Source: Leucoraja ocellata
Lineage: Eukaryota
Reading direction: 5' to 3'
DNA length: 64,000 nt
Assembly (NCBI GenBank): GCA_036785375.1
Contig: JAWMAR010000034.1
Span: 372,001 to 436,000, forward strand
The translations under genes and the position numbers were made by a program. Of the stretch, positions 49,001-54,528 are shown in pieces. The notes under the pieces were generated by a model, which saw only the letters and a list, made by a program, of their open reading frames with translations, made no database searches and was not told where the DNA came from. Numbering within the stretch: the first letter of the stretch is position 1; the number at the start of each line of letters is the position of its first letter.

Positions 49001-50235
49001 TGCACCTTTTACATTCAAAACTGGACATTGCCAAATCAATAATTAGTGTGGATTTCACGTTTTATTTTATTGTAATTCATAAGAAGTCGGCTTCAGTGCC
49101 AAGGCAAGCACTTAGCCATAATCCCTACATGCCCAGAACGATACTGGTGAACTCCTACAATCTCCATAATGAAAGCGCTTCTACAGTACTGCAAGTGGCG
49201 ATTTCCAGGGCTTTAATTAAACAACGAAGGAGGAAAAGCAAAACGTTTCCACATCAGAGCAGAGCAGGATTTGGGGACAAACTCACAGGTAGTGTTGCTG
49301 ACATGTGCCCATGCTCCTTCATTCTAGCTAGTAGAGGTTGTGGGTTGGGCAAACAACATTGAAAAGCTTTTGTGAATTACTGCAGAACACCTTGTACATG
49401 GCACAATGACAGAAGGATCGAGCACTGAAGGAGATAGGTACATTGCCATCAAGTAGGCGGTTTTGTCCCCAAATAACATCAACATTTGGAGTCTGCATGG
49501 GCTGTACTCATCTAGACACTTACTAAAATGAATTTGAAATCCATGTTTATTAACACCAGGCTACATCAACTGTTCTTACTACTTCCAATTTATGTAACTG
49601 AAACAGCAAATCTCTACTTAGACCAAAAATCTTTTGCACTTCTCACCTCATCATGAAGCTCTCCAAGTCACAGGCCAATCTGGATATATATCAGCATTCC
49701 TTCATCATCCCCAAGTCACAATCTTAAAGTCCATATCTAACAGCACTGGGCGAAGATACCTTCAACACATGGAGCACAGCAGTTCAAGAGAAAGGCCAAC
49801 TATCGCCACCTCAATGATAACTAATCCCAACCTTCTCTAATACCCACATCGACAATTGACTTAAAGTACAAAAGCCTGACCAGGAACATTTGAAACGGGA
49901 ATGTCTTTGTGAACCGTGTTTGTCGGATATTAATATATCCGGAATATTAGACAAGCTAATTTCTAAATTTTCCATTATCCTTACTTGTGCTGCAAGTTCC
50001 ATATTTTCCAGTTATCTTATAAACCCAATTCCATTTTATTTTGTCTTCTAACAGGGCAAACACACAGCAGGTAAGAGATGTCAGGAAAATGGACAGGGAT
50101 GGGGATCTTAGAGCATTCCACTCATACGTACAAGTTGCTAAGCCTTCTAATTGCTGCTTGGACAGTCAGAGATGGCCAATCACTTTCACCCATTGTGTCG
50201 AGAGTTCTTACCTGGGAAGTCTTCTGATGGGAAAC
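907..50235 (-). CDS. ARHGEF12: RH-RhoGEF gene (PDZ-RH-DH-PH), ARHGEF12/LARG-like; 36 internal coding exons; 5' and 3' ends outside the window
   Basis: Spliced exons translate in one frame (about 1210 aa) with PDZ (LVQRCVIIQRDENGFGLTVSGDNPVFVQSVKE), RH (KSRPAHLVAFLHHVVSQFE), DH (CRRLQLKDIIPTEMQRLTKYPLLL) and PH (GAQIYELVAQTVSERK) motifs. Exon order and N-terminal micro-exons match recalled human LARG. Could be an ARHGEF12-like ohnolog rather than the true ortholog. Confidence 0.88.
1287..1410 (-). mobile_element. Penelope-derived short repeat (pLTR-like)
   Basis: gaactgcagatgctgg...actcagcgggacaggcagcatctctggag...ttcagact; many copies in the window. Confidence 0.75.
1770..3150. mobile_element. 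Cluster of degenerate CR1 LINE RT fragments in both orientations
   Basis: ORF remnants MLPGMEGLSYKERL, DDIKIGVIV, EWQMEFNTNQCKVMHF, plus a QHGF-like segment and a DF-x-KAFDKV-like segment. Confidence 0.8.
3639..3719 (-). CDS. ARHGEF12: PH end exon (WQYLITQTSGSIKAPSHHVAPEPPAT)
   Basis: ttacag|...|gtaagt; supplies the conserved Trp of the PH C-terminal helix; phase 2-2. Confidence 0.92.
3980..4194. mobile_element. Head-to-head palindromic PLE terminal-repeat insertion with 15-bp TSD
   Basis: 78-bp perfect inverted repeat (3979-4056 / 4081-4158); caacagctaacaatg at 3965-3979 and 4195-4209. Confidence 0.88.
4385..4752 (+). mobile_element. Penelope-like element 3' end (GIY-YIG C-terminal remnant plus terminal repeat with hammerhead-like core)
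   Basis: ORF 4474..4710 begins (L)EEQHLIFCLGRLQPSGMNIDF, typical of the PLE endonuclease end; CTGAAGA...GAAACGTC at 4661-4688. Confidence 0.82.
4788..4995. mobile_element. Truncated MITE related to the element at 63201-63792
   Basis: Starts ttaaAGCCCTGTCCCA, similar to the TIR at 63201; CpG-rich interior; no right TIR found. Confidence 0.55.
5055..5430 (+). mobile_element. CR1 LINE 3' end
   Basis: RGDLIE-like segment, tctaggaccagaggtcatagcctcagaatt, 3' tail gatgggccgaatggcct. Confidence 0.8.
5608..5695 (-). CDS. ARHGEF12: PH exon (DNKAFFVISMSADGAQIYELVAQTVSERKT)
   Basis: Within ORF 5604..5852; tttcag|...|gtaggt. Confidence 0.97.
5764..5849 (+). mobile_element. PLE terminal-repeat fragment
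   Basis: gggtttcggcccgaaacgttgccc...cagcacttttgtctacc. Confidence 0.75.
6509..6676 (-). CDS. ARHGEF12: PH exon (DLYTLLLEDILVLSQKQDERLVLKCHSK...VLVREVAT)
   Basis: Within ORF 6504..6806; acatag|...|gttagt. Confidence 0.97.
7247..7451. mobile_element. Head-to-head palindromic PLE terminal-repeat element
   Basis: gacacaaaatgctggagtaactcagcg... followed by its reverse complement ...ttactccagcattttgtgtc. Confidence 0.8.
8521..8596 (-). CDS. ARHGEF12: PH exon (SLDLTKRIMIHEGPLTWRVNKDKTI)
   Basis: tttaag|...|gtgagt; HEGPL motif. Confidence 0.96.
8731..8808 (-). CDS. ARHGEF12: DH-PH linker exon (RLEDYQRRLDLSGLKQSDYPLIEEFR)
   Basis: tgtcag|...|gtgagt. Confidence 0.96.
9599..9699 (-). CDS. ARHGEF12: DH C-terminal exon (EQHDEKKKVKQAAECCRQILNFVNQAVKEAENKQ)
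   Basis: atccag|...|gtgagt; an alternative in-frame acceptor would extend the exon to 9705. Confidence 0.93.
9889..10115 (-). mobile_element. tRNA-derived HE1/V-SINE-like SINE (5'-truncated)
   Basis: tttagtttagagatacagcgcggaaacag tail and gagaaaacccacgtgatcacagggagaatgta core on the reverse strand. Confidence 0.75.
10327..10441 (-). CDS. ARHGEF12: DH exon (EAQSNPQCRRLQLKDIIPTEMQRLTKYPLLLENIAKNT)
   Basis: DH CR3 motif QRLTKYPLLL. Confidence 0.97.
11444..11569 (-). CDS. ARHGEF12: DH exon (FSGSEEDRFKRAAATFCSNQPFALELIKSKQKKESKFQAIIQ)
   Basis: Within ORF 11435..11623; AAATFCSNQPFALE as in LARG. Confidence 0.96.
11745..12270 (-). mobile_element. Degenerate Rex1/Babar-like LINE 3' fragment
   Basis: Reverse-strand similarity to the + copy at 26575-27610 (caccaa...cctggtcc, ctacagatgc..cgtagaaagtat). 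Confidence 0.55.
12779..12864 (-). CDS. ARHGEF12: DH exon (SLNEQMRKVWKRNDNFVVDQIGEDLLSW)
   Basis: ttccag|...|gtgagt; similar to LARG DQIGEDLLTW. Confidence 0.95.
13918..14061 (-). CDS. ARHGEF12: DH exon (ELFHTERAHIRMLKVLDVIFYQKM...IFSNLDEILQLH)
   Basis: DH CR1 motif ELxxTExxH; AG/GT boundaries. Confidence 0.96.
14619..14809 (-). CDS. ARHGEF12: Pre-DH and DH start exon (...DPANWQQLVSRDVLSGLKPHEIKRQEVIN)
   Basis: Within ORF 14539..14922; tcctag|...|gtaagg. Confidence 0.96.
15813..15860 (-). CDS. ARHGEF12: 48-nt linker exon (SLEISTPPCTPKPGR)
   Basis: tttcag|...|gtgagt; phase 2-2; similar to LARG GTPKPFR. Confidence 0.82.
16114..16255 (-). CDS. ARHGEF12: Linker exon (DSAPATPA...LDQVMEEDRESE)
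   Basis: tctcag|...|gtgagt; similar to LARG LDQVQEEE. Confidence 0.88.
16717..16908 (-). CDS. ARHGEF12: Linker exon (IEKAKLLHQRQMGPYSRS...GISESET)
   Basis: gtttag|...|gtaccc; phase 1-1; open frame (ORF 16664..16876). Confidence 0.82.
17006..17114 (-). CDS. ARHGEF12: Linker exon (PSVKKEKETVKDDEKRKRFQSILDPIRRTSKQDRNA)
   Basis: Within ORF 16929..17129; similar to LARG FPSILGPPRRPS. Confidence 0.92.
17567..18685. mobile_element. Non-autonomous hAT DNA transposon (1119 bp) with 8-bp TSD and internal palindromes
   Basis: TIRs CAGGCACGTGCC / GGCATGTGCCTG (1 mismatch); TSD atccaaat at 17559-17566 and 18686-18693; subterminal TGCCTACCC motifs at both ends. Confidence 0.88.
18709..18826 (-). CDS. 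ARHGEF12: End of RH domain exon (NSVADVILIYMKQLGVKVKDSRNL...FFPKKK)
   Basis: Within ORF 18670..18861; YMKxLGVKVK motif. Confidence 0.95.
19227..19259 (-). CDS. ARHGEF12: 33-nt RH exon (ATLSPSEEEK)
   Basis: ttttag|...|gtaagt; phase 2-2; position equivalent to LARG MTAQAVEEDK. Confidence 0.85.
19470..20030 (+). mobile_element. CR1 LINE 3' part
   Basis: ORF 19569..19871 contains QRRFTKILP...FSLEWQRLRGDLIEVYKIMRG. Confidence 0.85.
20843..20983 (-). CDS. ARHGEF12: RH domain exon (QKRNMGMTIGENELAKLDAER...KIDEVL)
   Basis: Within ORF 20839..21063; caacag|...|gtaagt. Confidence 0.95.
21200..21420 (-). mobile_element. CR1 LINE 3' end
   Basis: ORF 21139..21402 LPGMVVEV...FKRILNRHM. Confidence 0.75.
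21421..21742 (+). mobile_element. Full-length tRNA-derived HE1/V-SINE-like SINE
   Basis: tRNA-like head (ggcacagc...ggtttgatcctg B box), central ggtttcctcccacat, tail ctaaactaaac. Confidence 0.82.
21770..22135 (-). mobile_element. CR1 LINE RT fragment
   Basis: ORF 21976..22206 FLEEVTK...VDVICMALTKAFDQVP. Confidence 0.72.
22395..23212 (+). mobile_element. CR1 LINE ORF2 (tether plus RT) fragment
   Basis: ORF 22414..23115 with PGPDGLH, NYRPVSLT, QHGFMKGKS, VYLDFQKAFDRVPH; frameshifted, continues to GVPQG...YINDLD. Confidence 0.92.
23245..23552 (-). mobile_element. Inverted CR1 RT fragment
   Basis: ORF 23032..23436 MQGDLDRLSEWAVTWQMQFNVDKCEVIHFG; also GVPQGS...INDLD. Confidence 0.88.
23807..23909 (-). 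CDS. ARHGEF12: RH domain exon (ERRKGDQSEEMQRSCVQGMQDIVLPDVQTHLEDFR)
   Basis: tttcag|...|gtaagc; conserved HLEDFR. Confidence 0.94.
25247..25289 (-). CDS. ARHGEF12: RH domain exon (NLKVHVPEWISTEL)
   Basis: tcccag|...|gtaagt; phase 0-1. Confidence 0.92.
25676..25774 (-). CDS. ARHGEF12: RH domain exon (LCYLYADLYHHTNSKDHRRIFLEFCHLFLEKGS)
   Basis: Within ORF 25655..25939; AG/GT boundaries. Confidence 0.95.
26002..26460. mobile_element. Degenerate PLE fragments (inverted terminal repeat plus GIY-YIG remnant)
   Basis: tgctggaggagcttagcgggtcaggcagcatc; ORF 26270..26596 contains SQSGATRKPEQQHYIF. Confidence 0.6.
26575..27610 (+). mobile_element. Rex1/Babar-like LINE 3' part (RT), interrupted at about 27212-27485
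   Basis: KFAD-TT segment; LNASKTKETMIDIRK...SFKILGVNIPSDLSWTSHI (ORF 26681..26965). Confidence 0.85.
27212..27485 (+). mobile_element. Nested retroposed element with CpG-rich body and Rex-type tail
   Basis: Splits host cagatgcagg|gacagtttcttccc; ends tttcactgtaccttaattgttacatgtgacaa...(accttga)2. Confidence 0.65.
27741..27851 (-). CDS. ARHGEF12: RH domain exon (TDVQCSCFQTIDLVKSRPAHLVAFLHHVVSQFEAAPL)
   Basis: ttacag|...|gtaagg; phase 0-0. Confidence 0.96.
27935..28024 (-). CDS. ARHGEF12: Pre-RH exon with acidic motif (VPIIGAEDDDFDTEAEQ)
   Basis: The IIGAEDDDF motif is characteristic of the N-terminal extension of RH-RhoGEF rgRGS domains. Confidence 0.95.
28290..28712 (+). mobile_element. 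Rex1/Babar-like LINE 3' end
   Basis: cagattcaggaaaagtttcttcccaactgttatcag...ttttcactgtaccttggtacatgtgacaataa. Confidence 0.7.
28967..29101 (-). CDS. ARHGEF12: Linker exon (SIISSPSPPCDG...SSPKISPKD...ENQDW)
   Basis: Within ORF 28931..29119; ttgcag|...|gtatgg; phase 0-0. Confidence 0.85.
29365..29630. mobile_element. CR1 tail fragments (both orientations) with an inserted PLE repeat at about 29428-29500
   Basis: aaggaatatgggggg..aagcaggaatgggg; aaacgtcgcccattcc...cattttgtgtctacc; reverse CR1 tail. Confidence 0.65.
30495..31150 (-). mobile_element. CR1 LINE 3' part
   Basis: ORF 30559..30753 LPLRFLLNLSPLTLNLCPLVLD is the typical antisense reading of a CR1 3' end. Confidence 0.78.
31179..31264 (-). 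CDS. ARHGEF12: Linker exon (DAGDWEHDLQSPSENTGSDRSRISFSRAE)
   Basis: catcag|...|gtgagc; phase 1-0, which is needed to keep frame between its neighbours. Confidence 0.78.
33101..33161 (-). CDS. ARHGEF12: Linker exon (DGSSAGRHSETLSIVERLTE)
   Basis: Strong polypyrimidine tract ccttcag|...|gtgagg; phase 0-1. Confidence 0.85.
33504..33623 (-). CDS. ARHGEF12: Coiled-coil exon (QLKEKYTKNP...KHIQQLQEQLSKATGSLQ)
   Basis: aaacag|...|gtgagg; similar to LARG KHIPQLQEQLSKATGSAQ. Confidence 0.93.
34155..34229 (-). CDS. ARHGEF12: Coiled-coil exon (EDNIVHNQKVEILRNMLGTELRQLE)
   Basis: Within ORF 34038..34271; similar to LARG VHNQKVEILRKML. Confidence 0.93.
35024..35220 (-). CDS. ARHGEF12: End of PDZ plus linker exon (SGSYVALTVLGRPPGSPQIP...ERITSPMPVA)
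   Basis: Within ORF 34925..35242; taccag|...|gtgagt. Confidence 0.95.
35330..35625 (-). mobile_element. HE1/V-SINE-like SINE
   Basis: tttagttttagttttagagat tail; ggaatgtgggaggaaactggagca; reverse tRNA head. Confidence 0.8.
36640..37072 (+). mobile_element. Tc1-like DNA transposon left end (IR/DR type) with transposase start
   Basis: TA|CAATGCCCTCCATAATGTTTGGG; internal direct repeat ccataatgtttggg (36649, 36861); ATG at 37014 gives MRTKVVPMKVK then a frameshift. Confidence 0.8.
37117..37174 (-). CDS. ARHGEF12: PDZ domain exon 3 (VNGTLVTHSNHVEVVRLIK)
   Basis: ctgcag|...|gtaagt; phase 0-1. Confidence 0.96.
37378..37545 (-). mobile_element. Degenerate V-SINE-like fragment
   Basis: caattaaccta...gggacgtgggaggaag...ggtcaggatcaaatcc. 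Confidence 0.6.
38291..38469. repeat. Imperfect palindrome of about 180 bp (old MITE-like hairpin)
   Basis: caggttatacaaagtgttaaa...aaggtgtggaat / attccacacctt...tttaacactttgaataacctg. Confidence 0.75.
38755..38804 (-). CDS. ARHGEF12: PDZ domain exon 2 (DGAAVRAGVQQGDRIIK)
   Basis: ttgcag|...|gtgagg; phase 1-0. Confidence 0.96.
39009..39107 (-). CDS. ARHGEF12: PDZ domain exon 1 (LVQRCVIIQRDENGFGLTVSGDNPVFVQSVKE)
   Basis: AG/GT boundaries; near-identical to the LARG PDZ N-terminal half. Confidence 0.96.
40566..40616 (-). CDS. ARHGEF12: ARHGEF12-like exon (ESSSKQKKPRFNCNDHK)
   Basis: Polypyrimidine tract plus atgcag|...|gtgagt; phase 1-1; similar to LARG DSSSKK. Confidence 0.8.
40895..40918. 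repeat. Poly-C run (about 24 nt)
   Basis: Direct reading. Confidence 0.9.
41979..42181. mobile_element. Head-to-head palindromic PLE terminal-repeat element
   Basis: agacacaaaaagctggagtaactcagc...gacccttcttc followed by an inverted copy ending cagcatctgcagttcct. Confidence 0.78.
42261..42355 (-). CDS. ARHGEF12: ARHGEF12-like exon (QGSILNKDLSPDKKYDKKNLEKSSLYEFDPT)
   Basis: ttacag|...|gtaata; phase 2-1; similar to LARG HGSILNRESPTDKK...DFDPT. Confidence 0.9.
42660..43895 (-). mobile_element. Degenerate Penelope-like element (RT remnant plus 3' end), interrupted by CR1 at about 42990-43312
   Basis: ORF 43817..44053 ends IKPTEKGGAVVV (PLE RT motif IKPADKGGAVVV); reversed terminal-repeat-like segment at 42700-42775. 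Confidence 0.68.
42990..43312 (-). mobile_element. CR1 LINE 3' end
   Basis: ORF 42957..43289 FILRLWPLVLDS...GNILSKSTLSRPF is an antisense CR1 reading. Confidence 0.78.
44285..44384 (-). mobile_element. PLE terminal repeat
   Basis: atacaaaaagctggagtaactcagcggg...ttcgggtcgagatccttcttcagact. Confidence 0.75.
46544..46756 (+). mobile_element. Non-LTR retrotransposon 3' end with CCHC zinc knuckle (Ingi/Vingi- or I-group-like)
   Basis: ORF 46543..46827 WGLCQSPACECRAEQQTANHVISRCP...WL; short (GAA)n tail; possible ggataaa TSD. Confidence 0.6.
48255..48670 (+). mobile_element. Old CR1/L2-like LINE 3' fragment
   Basis: gagtagagaagattaaggatgattt...tttaagatcaaatttgatagactttt; highly decayed. Confidence 0.5.
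50212..50235 (-). CDS. ARHGEF12: ARHGEF12-like 24-nt micro-exon (FPIRRLPR)
   Basis: ttccag|G TTT CCC ATC AGA AGA CTT CCC AG|gtaaga; phase 2-2; resembles LARG FPLKKPIR. Confidence 0.8.
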
Positions 50236-50599
50236 CTGGAATTGAAGAGAGCAGCTCAAGTTAGTCTTAAGAGGGCTCAGTGTGTTCCTACAGAAATCCA
50301 ACCACTATAATTTATTTAAATCCATTCACTCAATATTTCAAGCCTATAGTAAATACAGAAGACTATTCAACATATTTTGTATGTGCCTCTTGTTATAAAG
50401 AAATTATTCAATTAATTCCACTCCATGTAGACCAGGCAACTTTTCTTCCGAGTAGTAATCCAATACCCTTTCAAATTATTAGCGAATTTGCTTTACCAGT
50501 TATTGCGTCAGAACGATCTGCATCGCAAAATAATTTTGCAATAGAAGTCATTCAGATTCCTTGGCCAAACAATTTCTTATTTGGACACGTATGTCATTC

Positions 50600-50908
50600 A
50601 GCTTATAGGGTCCATGCAAGGTCCCAACTATGCAGTCCTATCAGCCCATTCTCCTCTCCTTATTTCACTTTCGCCCTGCATCTCATCAGCCACCAACTTC
50701 CCCTTAATTATTTTGCCACTTAGCAACTTATAGTTGCCAGTTAACATACCAGCATGTCTTTGGAATGTGGGAGGGATACAAGCACCAGGAGGAAACTATG
50801 TATTTACAAGAACATGCAAACTCCACGTAGATAGCACACAATTTCAGGATCAAACGAGTTATTTAAGCTGTGAGCCGACAGCACTAATTGCTGCAGCACT
50901 ATGCCACC
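50600..50908 (-). mobile_element. Degenerate V-SINE-like SINE
   Basis: tttggaatgtgggaggg...aacatgcaaactccac...gcagcactatgcc. Confidence 0.62.
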
Positions 50909-53679
50909 CTTAAATACATCTCTTTGGTTACTGGTACCCCTCACACTGGAATCAATCTTTATTTTTCAAATTGCACTCTGATCAATCTTTATTTAACAAA
51001 ATGCATTACGAGTTTCAACTCTTTACCTTCTCCGCTTTAAGAAGAACAACCGTTTTATCCAGTTATCTCTCTACATAATTGAAGTCTACTAGGCATGGTT
51101 CAACAAATCATTTTAGTGTGACGACCAGAACTGCTACAATACCCTAAATTCATCTCTCAAATTTTATACAGCTGCAGCATAACTTCAAGTTCTAAATTCA
51201 ATGTCCTGACTTGCCTCCACACTGCATTCAACCTGCGGCAAGCTTTCATCAGCTTGGTTATCAATCTATCTAGACCACTTCCACCACCCCATAGGAAAAT
51301 GCTCCAAAGACCCACCACCGATGAGAGAAAAGAGTTTAGTCTCATCTGTTTTGTACGTGTTGACACTGCGTTGTATAAAATGCTGACCACTAGTTCTAGA
51401 GTTTCCCAAAAGGGGAAACAACCTTAACACATCTGCACTGCCAAAACCTCTTCGCAACTTGTGTTTTCTCACTGAATCTTTGAAGCTCCAACAGATAAAA
51501 TTCCAACCTGAAGAAGATACAAAAAGGAAATACAGGATCCCAAGGGGTCTAGACGCGTAAAATAACCAACCTACTTCAGGAATTTGTCCATTAAACCCGA
51601 GCCGAACTGCTTCCAACAATTATCATCCTTCTTTCCATTAGGACAATATTTCTGTACCCTGTACTCTAAAAATGGCCTTACCAATGCCCCTACATTTGCA
51701 TTAATTTTCTCTACACCATGTAGAGTAGTTATTTCTACTTACAGGAATATACAGAAATGGAGAGTATATATAATATGTTATTGGTAACTGCAATAGTGAA
51801 TTCAACAGAAACATTATTACCAGACAGTGGTTAGAAGCTGACACTTCCAATCAGATGAGTAATTGTGGCAAATGGCACCGATGTATTTAATAAGTGCAAC
51901 AAATGAAAAAAGATACATCAGGCGAATGAGATAAAATTGTACATGGGCAAACTCATCTGAAGTATAAATGATGTTGACCTAAATAGTTAGTTTCCTGTGG
52001 AAAAACAATGTAATACTCGACAATATAACACTACGACTGCAAAATTTGAGAGCAGGTTGGGATTGCAATCACTTGGTGATTGTCATCCAAGGACAGTCAG
52101 TGCCTATAGAATCACATCCCAGTGACAGTTAATGTCAATAGGATTTAATGTCGGAAGGTCAGCATGAGAAGTAACAAGAAAAAGGCAATTCACTCTCCTC
52201 ACATCTGTCCTAACCCCAAAATACCCTGCTCGAGGGAGCTCGGATATACAGTCGTTGTTTCTGTGCCTCGAGTATAATATAAAATTGCACTGATTACAAG
52301 TTACTGCATTAATTTGAAAGAAAATAATTACTGAAGCCAGTCTTGGAAGATGGAAAAGTACCACATAGTCAAGAGTGTGGGATATAATATGTACAATTAA
52401 TCTCAGTGTCACAGCAAAATCAATTACCGGAGGCACTGCAATTATAAGCTCAACATAAATAGAGGCGGTGAACACAGCACTGATAAATGGAAATAAATAT
52501 CTGAACTTTTTTCAGAAATAAAAAGGAGAGCATTAGGTAAATGTGTTAGGGAATGAAAGTCAAAACATTTACTGGCAGTGCAGGCAGCTGAATTCAGCAG
52601 ATAGTTAGGACGGAAAAGAATCTGCAAAGGCGTGATAAATGTGGCCCCACCCTCAGGCTGCACAGCTCAGCCCTGCAGTCCAAAATCCGTCACAAATAAA
52701 CCAAGGGCTAGCTGGAGCTTTTTAATTTGTGTTGCAGGTTTATAATTTTTCTGAAAATTTATTTTTCTTTGATCACTCACAAAAAAAATGGGTTAAAATA
52801 TCTGGAATAGAGTATCTGAAAAATGACCATTGTTGGAAAATTATCCTGAAATTTCAAAGAAGCAACATTCAGTTACAAAATCCCTGGTAAAATCTAGCAC
52901 AAAAGTTTAACAAAATATTGTTGAACGGCAATATGATTTTTATCACCCTATTCCTATAGATACAGCAACCTTTTCAAAAACAAAATAAGCTAGGCTATAA
53001 CTCACTGTGACGGCATAAAACTGCTTAAGAGGCAGGATAAACAAGTCACTAATATTTGCACCAATTGGCATTCAGCTGGAAAGAGGGGAGAAATAGGCCA
53101 AGCGTTTGATAAACAGTTCTGTTAATTAAATCATCCCTTGCAGAATGATTGAAAAACATCAACATTAAGTGAAGTCCACAGACATTTCTTGGCTGCATTA
53201 GAGTATAAACGGCTGGACCTGCACTGTTTACCTGAGCATCAATCAGACCAAGTGATTCCCATCCTAACTTATCCCTTGACTGGATCAGAGTGAGGTGACA
53301 CCAAGCCAGAGGCTCTTCGTGGTGCAGATTCAGAGCAGGTTAAAGAGAGTCACGGCAGCCTGCTCCCTACCCTCATTCTAAGCCTTTAGCGTGCCAATAA
53401 TGATGAATTCAGTGCTGATCTCGCACACACACCTCACTGAGCAATCTCACACATCTTCTCCAGTCAAGTCTTAAAAGGGCAATGTCTTGTCAAGACTCTT
53501 AAGTCCCAACATGCTTTACAAAAAGGCATCCACTGTCACTTCCATTCCATCAGCTTCATGCAATAAATCATGATAAAGTCCATAAGCACCAATAAAGTAA
53601 AAATTGAAAGCAAAATTCTTCAGTGGACATGAAAATACTAAAAGCATCAATTGTTTCAAGGAGCAATTGCGATAGGGAA

Positions 53680-54528
53680 AAAGGGTTCCTGCCCCCTAGT
53701 CCTTACCTTTCACCACATCAGCCATCACATAATTCATGACATTTACGCCACCTCCAACGGGATCCCGCCACTAATCACATCTTTCCATCGCCACCCCATT
53801 CCGCCTTCCAGGGACCGTTCTCTCCACAACTCCCTGGTTAACTCATCAGTTCCCACCCGAACCACCCCCTCCCCAGGTTCCTTCTCCTGCAAAACCGGTC
53901 CCTATACTTCCTCCCTTGACTGTCCAGGGACCCTGACCGTCCTTTCAGGTTAGGCAGAGGTTCACTTGCACGTCCTCCAACCTCATCTACTGTATCCGTT
54001 GTTCAAGATGTGGACTCTTACACATCGGCGAGACCAAACATAGACTGGGCAATCATTTCAGCTGAATACCTTGGCGCAGCCCGCCAGAACCTACCTGATC
54101 TCCCGGTTGCTAAGCACTCATTTCCCTTCCCACCACACTGACCTTTCTGCCCTAGGAGTCCTCCATTGCCAGAGTGAGGCCAAATGCAAATTAGAGGAAC
54201 AGCATCTCATACATTGGGCAGTTTACAACCCAGGGGTATGAATATTGATTTCTCTAACTTCAAGTAACCCCTGCATTCCCTCTCTCCCCATCCAAGTCAC
54301 ACCAGCTTTTCGTTCTCACCTAGCAAACAGTTTCCTTTATCATTGTTACTTTTTTGTATATCTTTCATTCATTTGTTGTATATCTCTCTCTCTACATCAT
54401 CGTCTGTATCTCTCGTTTTCCTTTCCTGTGACTTTCAGTCTGAAGAAAGGTCTCAACCCGAAACGTTACCCATTCCTTCCCTCCAGAAATGCTGCCTGTC
54501 CCACTGAGTTACTCCAGCATTTTGTGTC
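53680..54528 (+). mobile_element. Penelope-like element 3' part (GIY-YIG remnant plus terminal repeat)
   Basis: Frameshifted RFTCTSSNLIYCIRCSRCGLLHIGETK (GIY-YIG), KLEEQHLI...QPRGMN, then CTGAAGA...GAAACGTT at 54440. Confidence 0.88.

Noticed and set aside
50280-50723. 147-aa + strand ORF
   Set aside because: Non-ATG start, no domain, and the 3' part runs into a SINE; considered spurious.
52440-53460. TE-poor intronic stretch as a possible enhancer or alternative promoter
   Set aside because: No supportable motif evidence from sequence alone; needs conservation or chromatin data.
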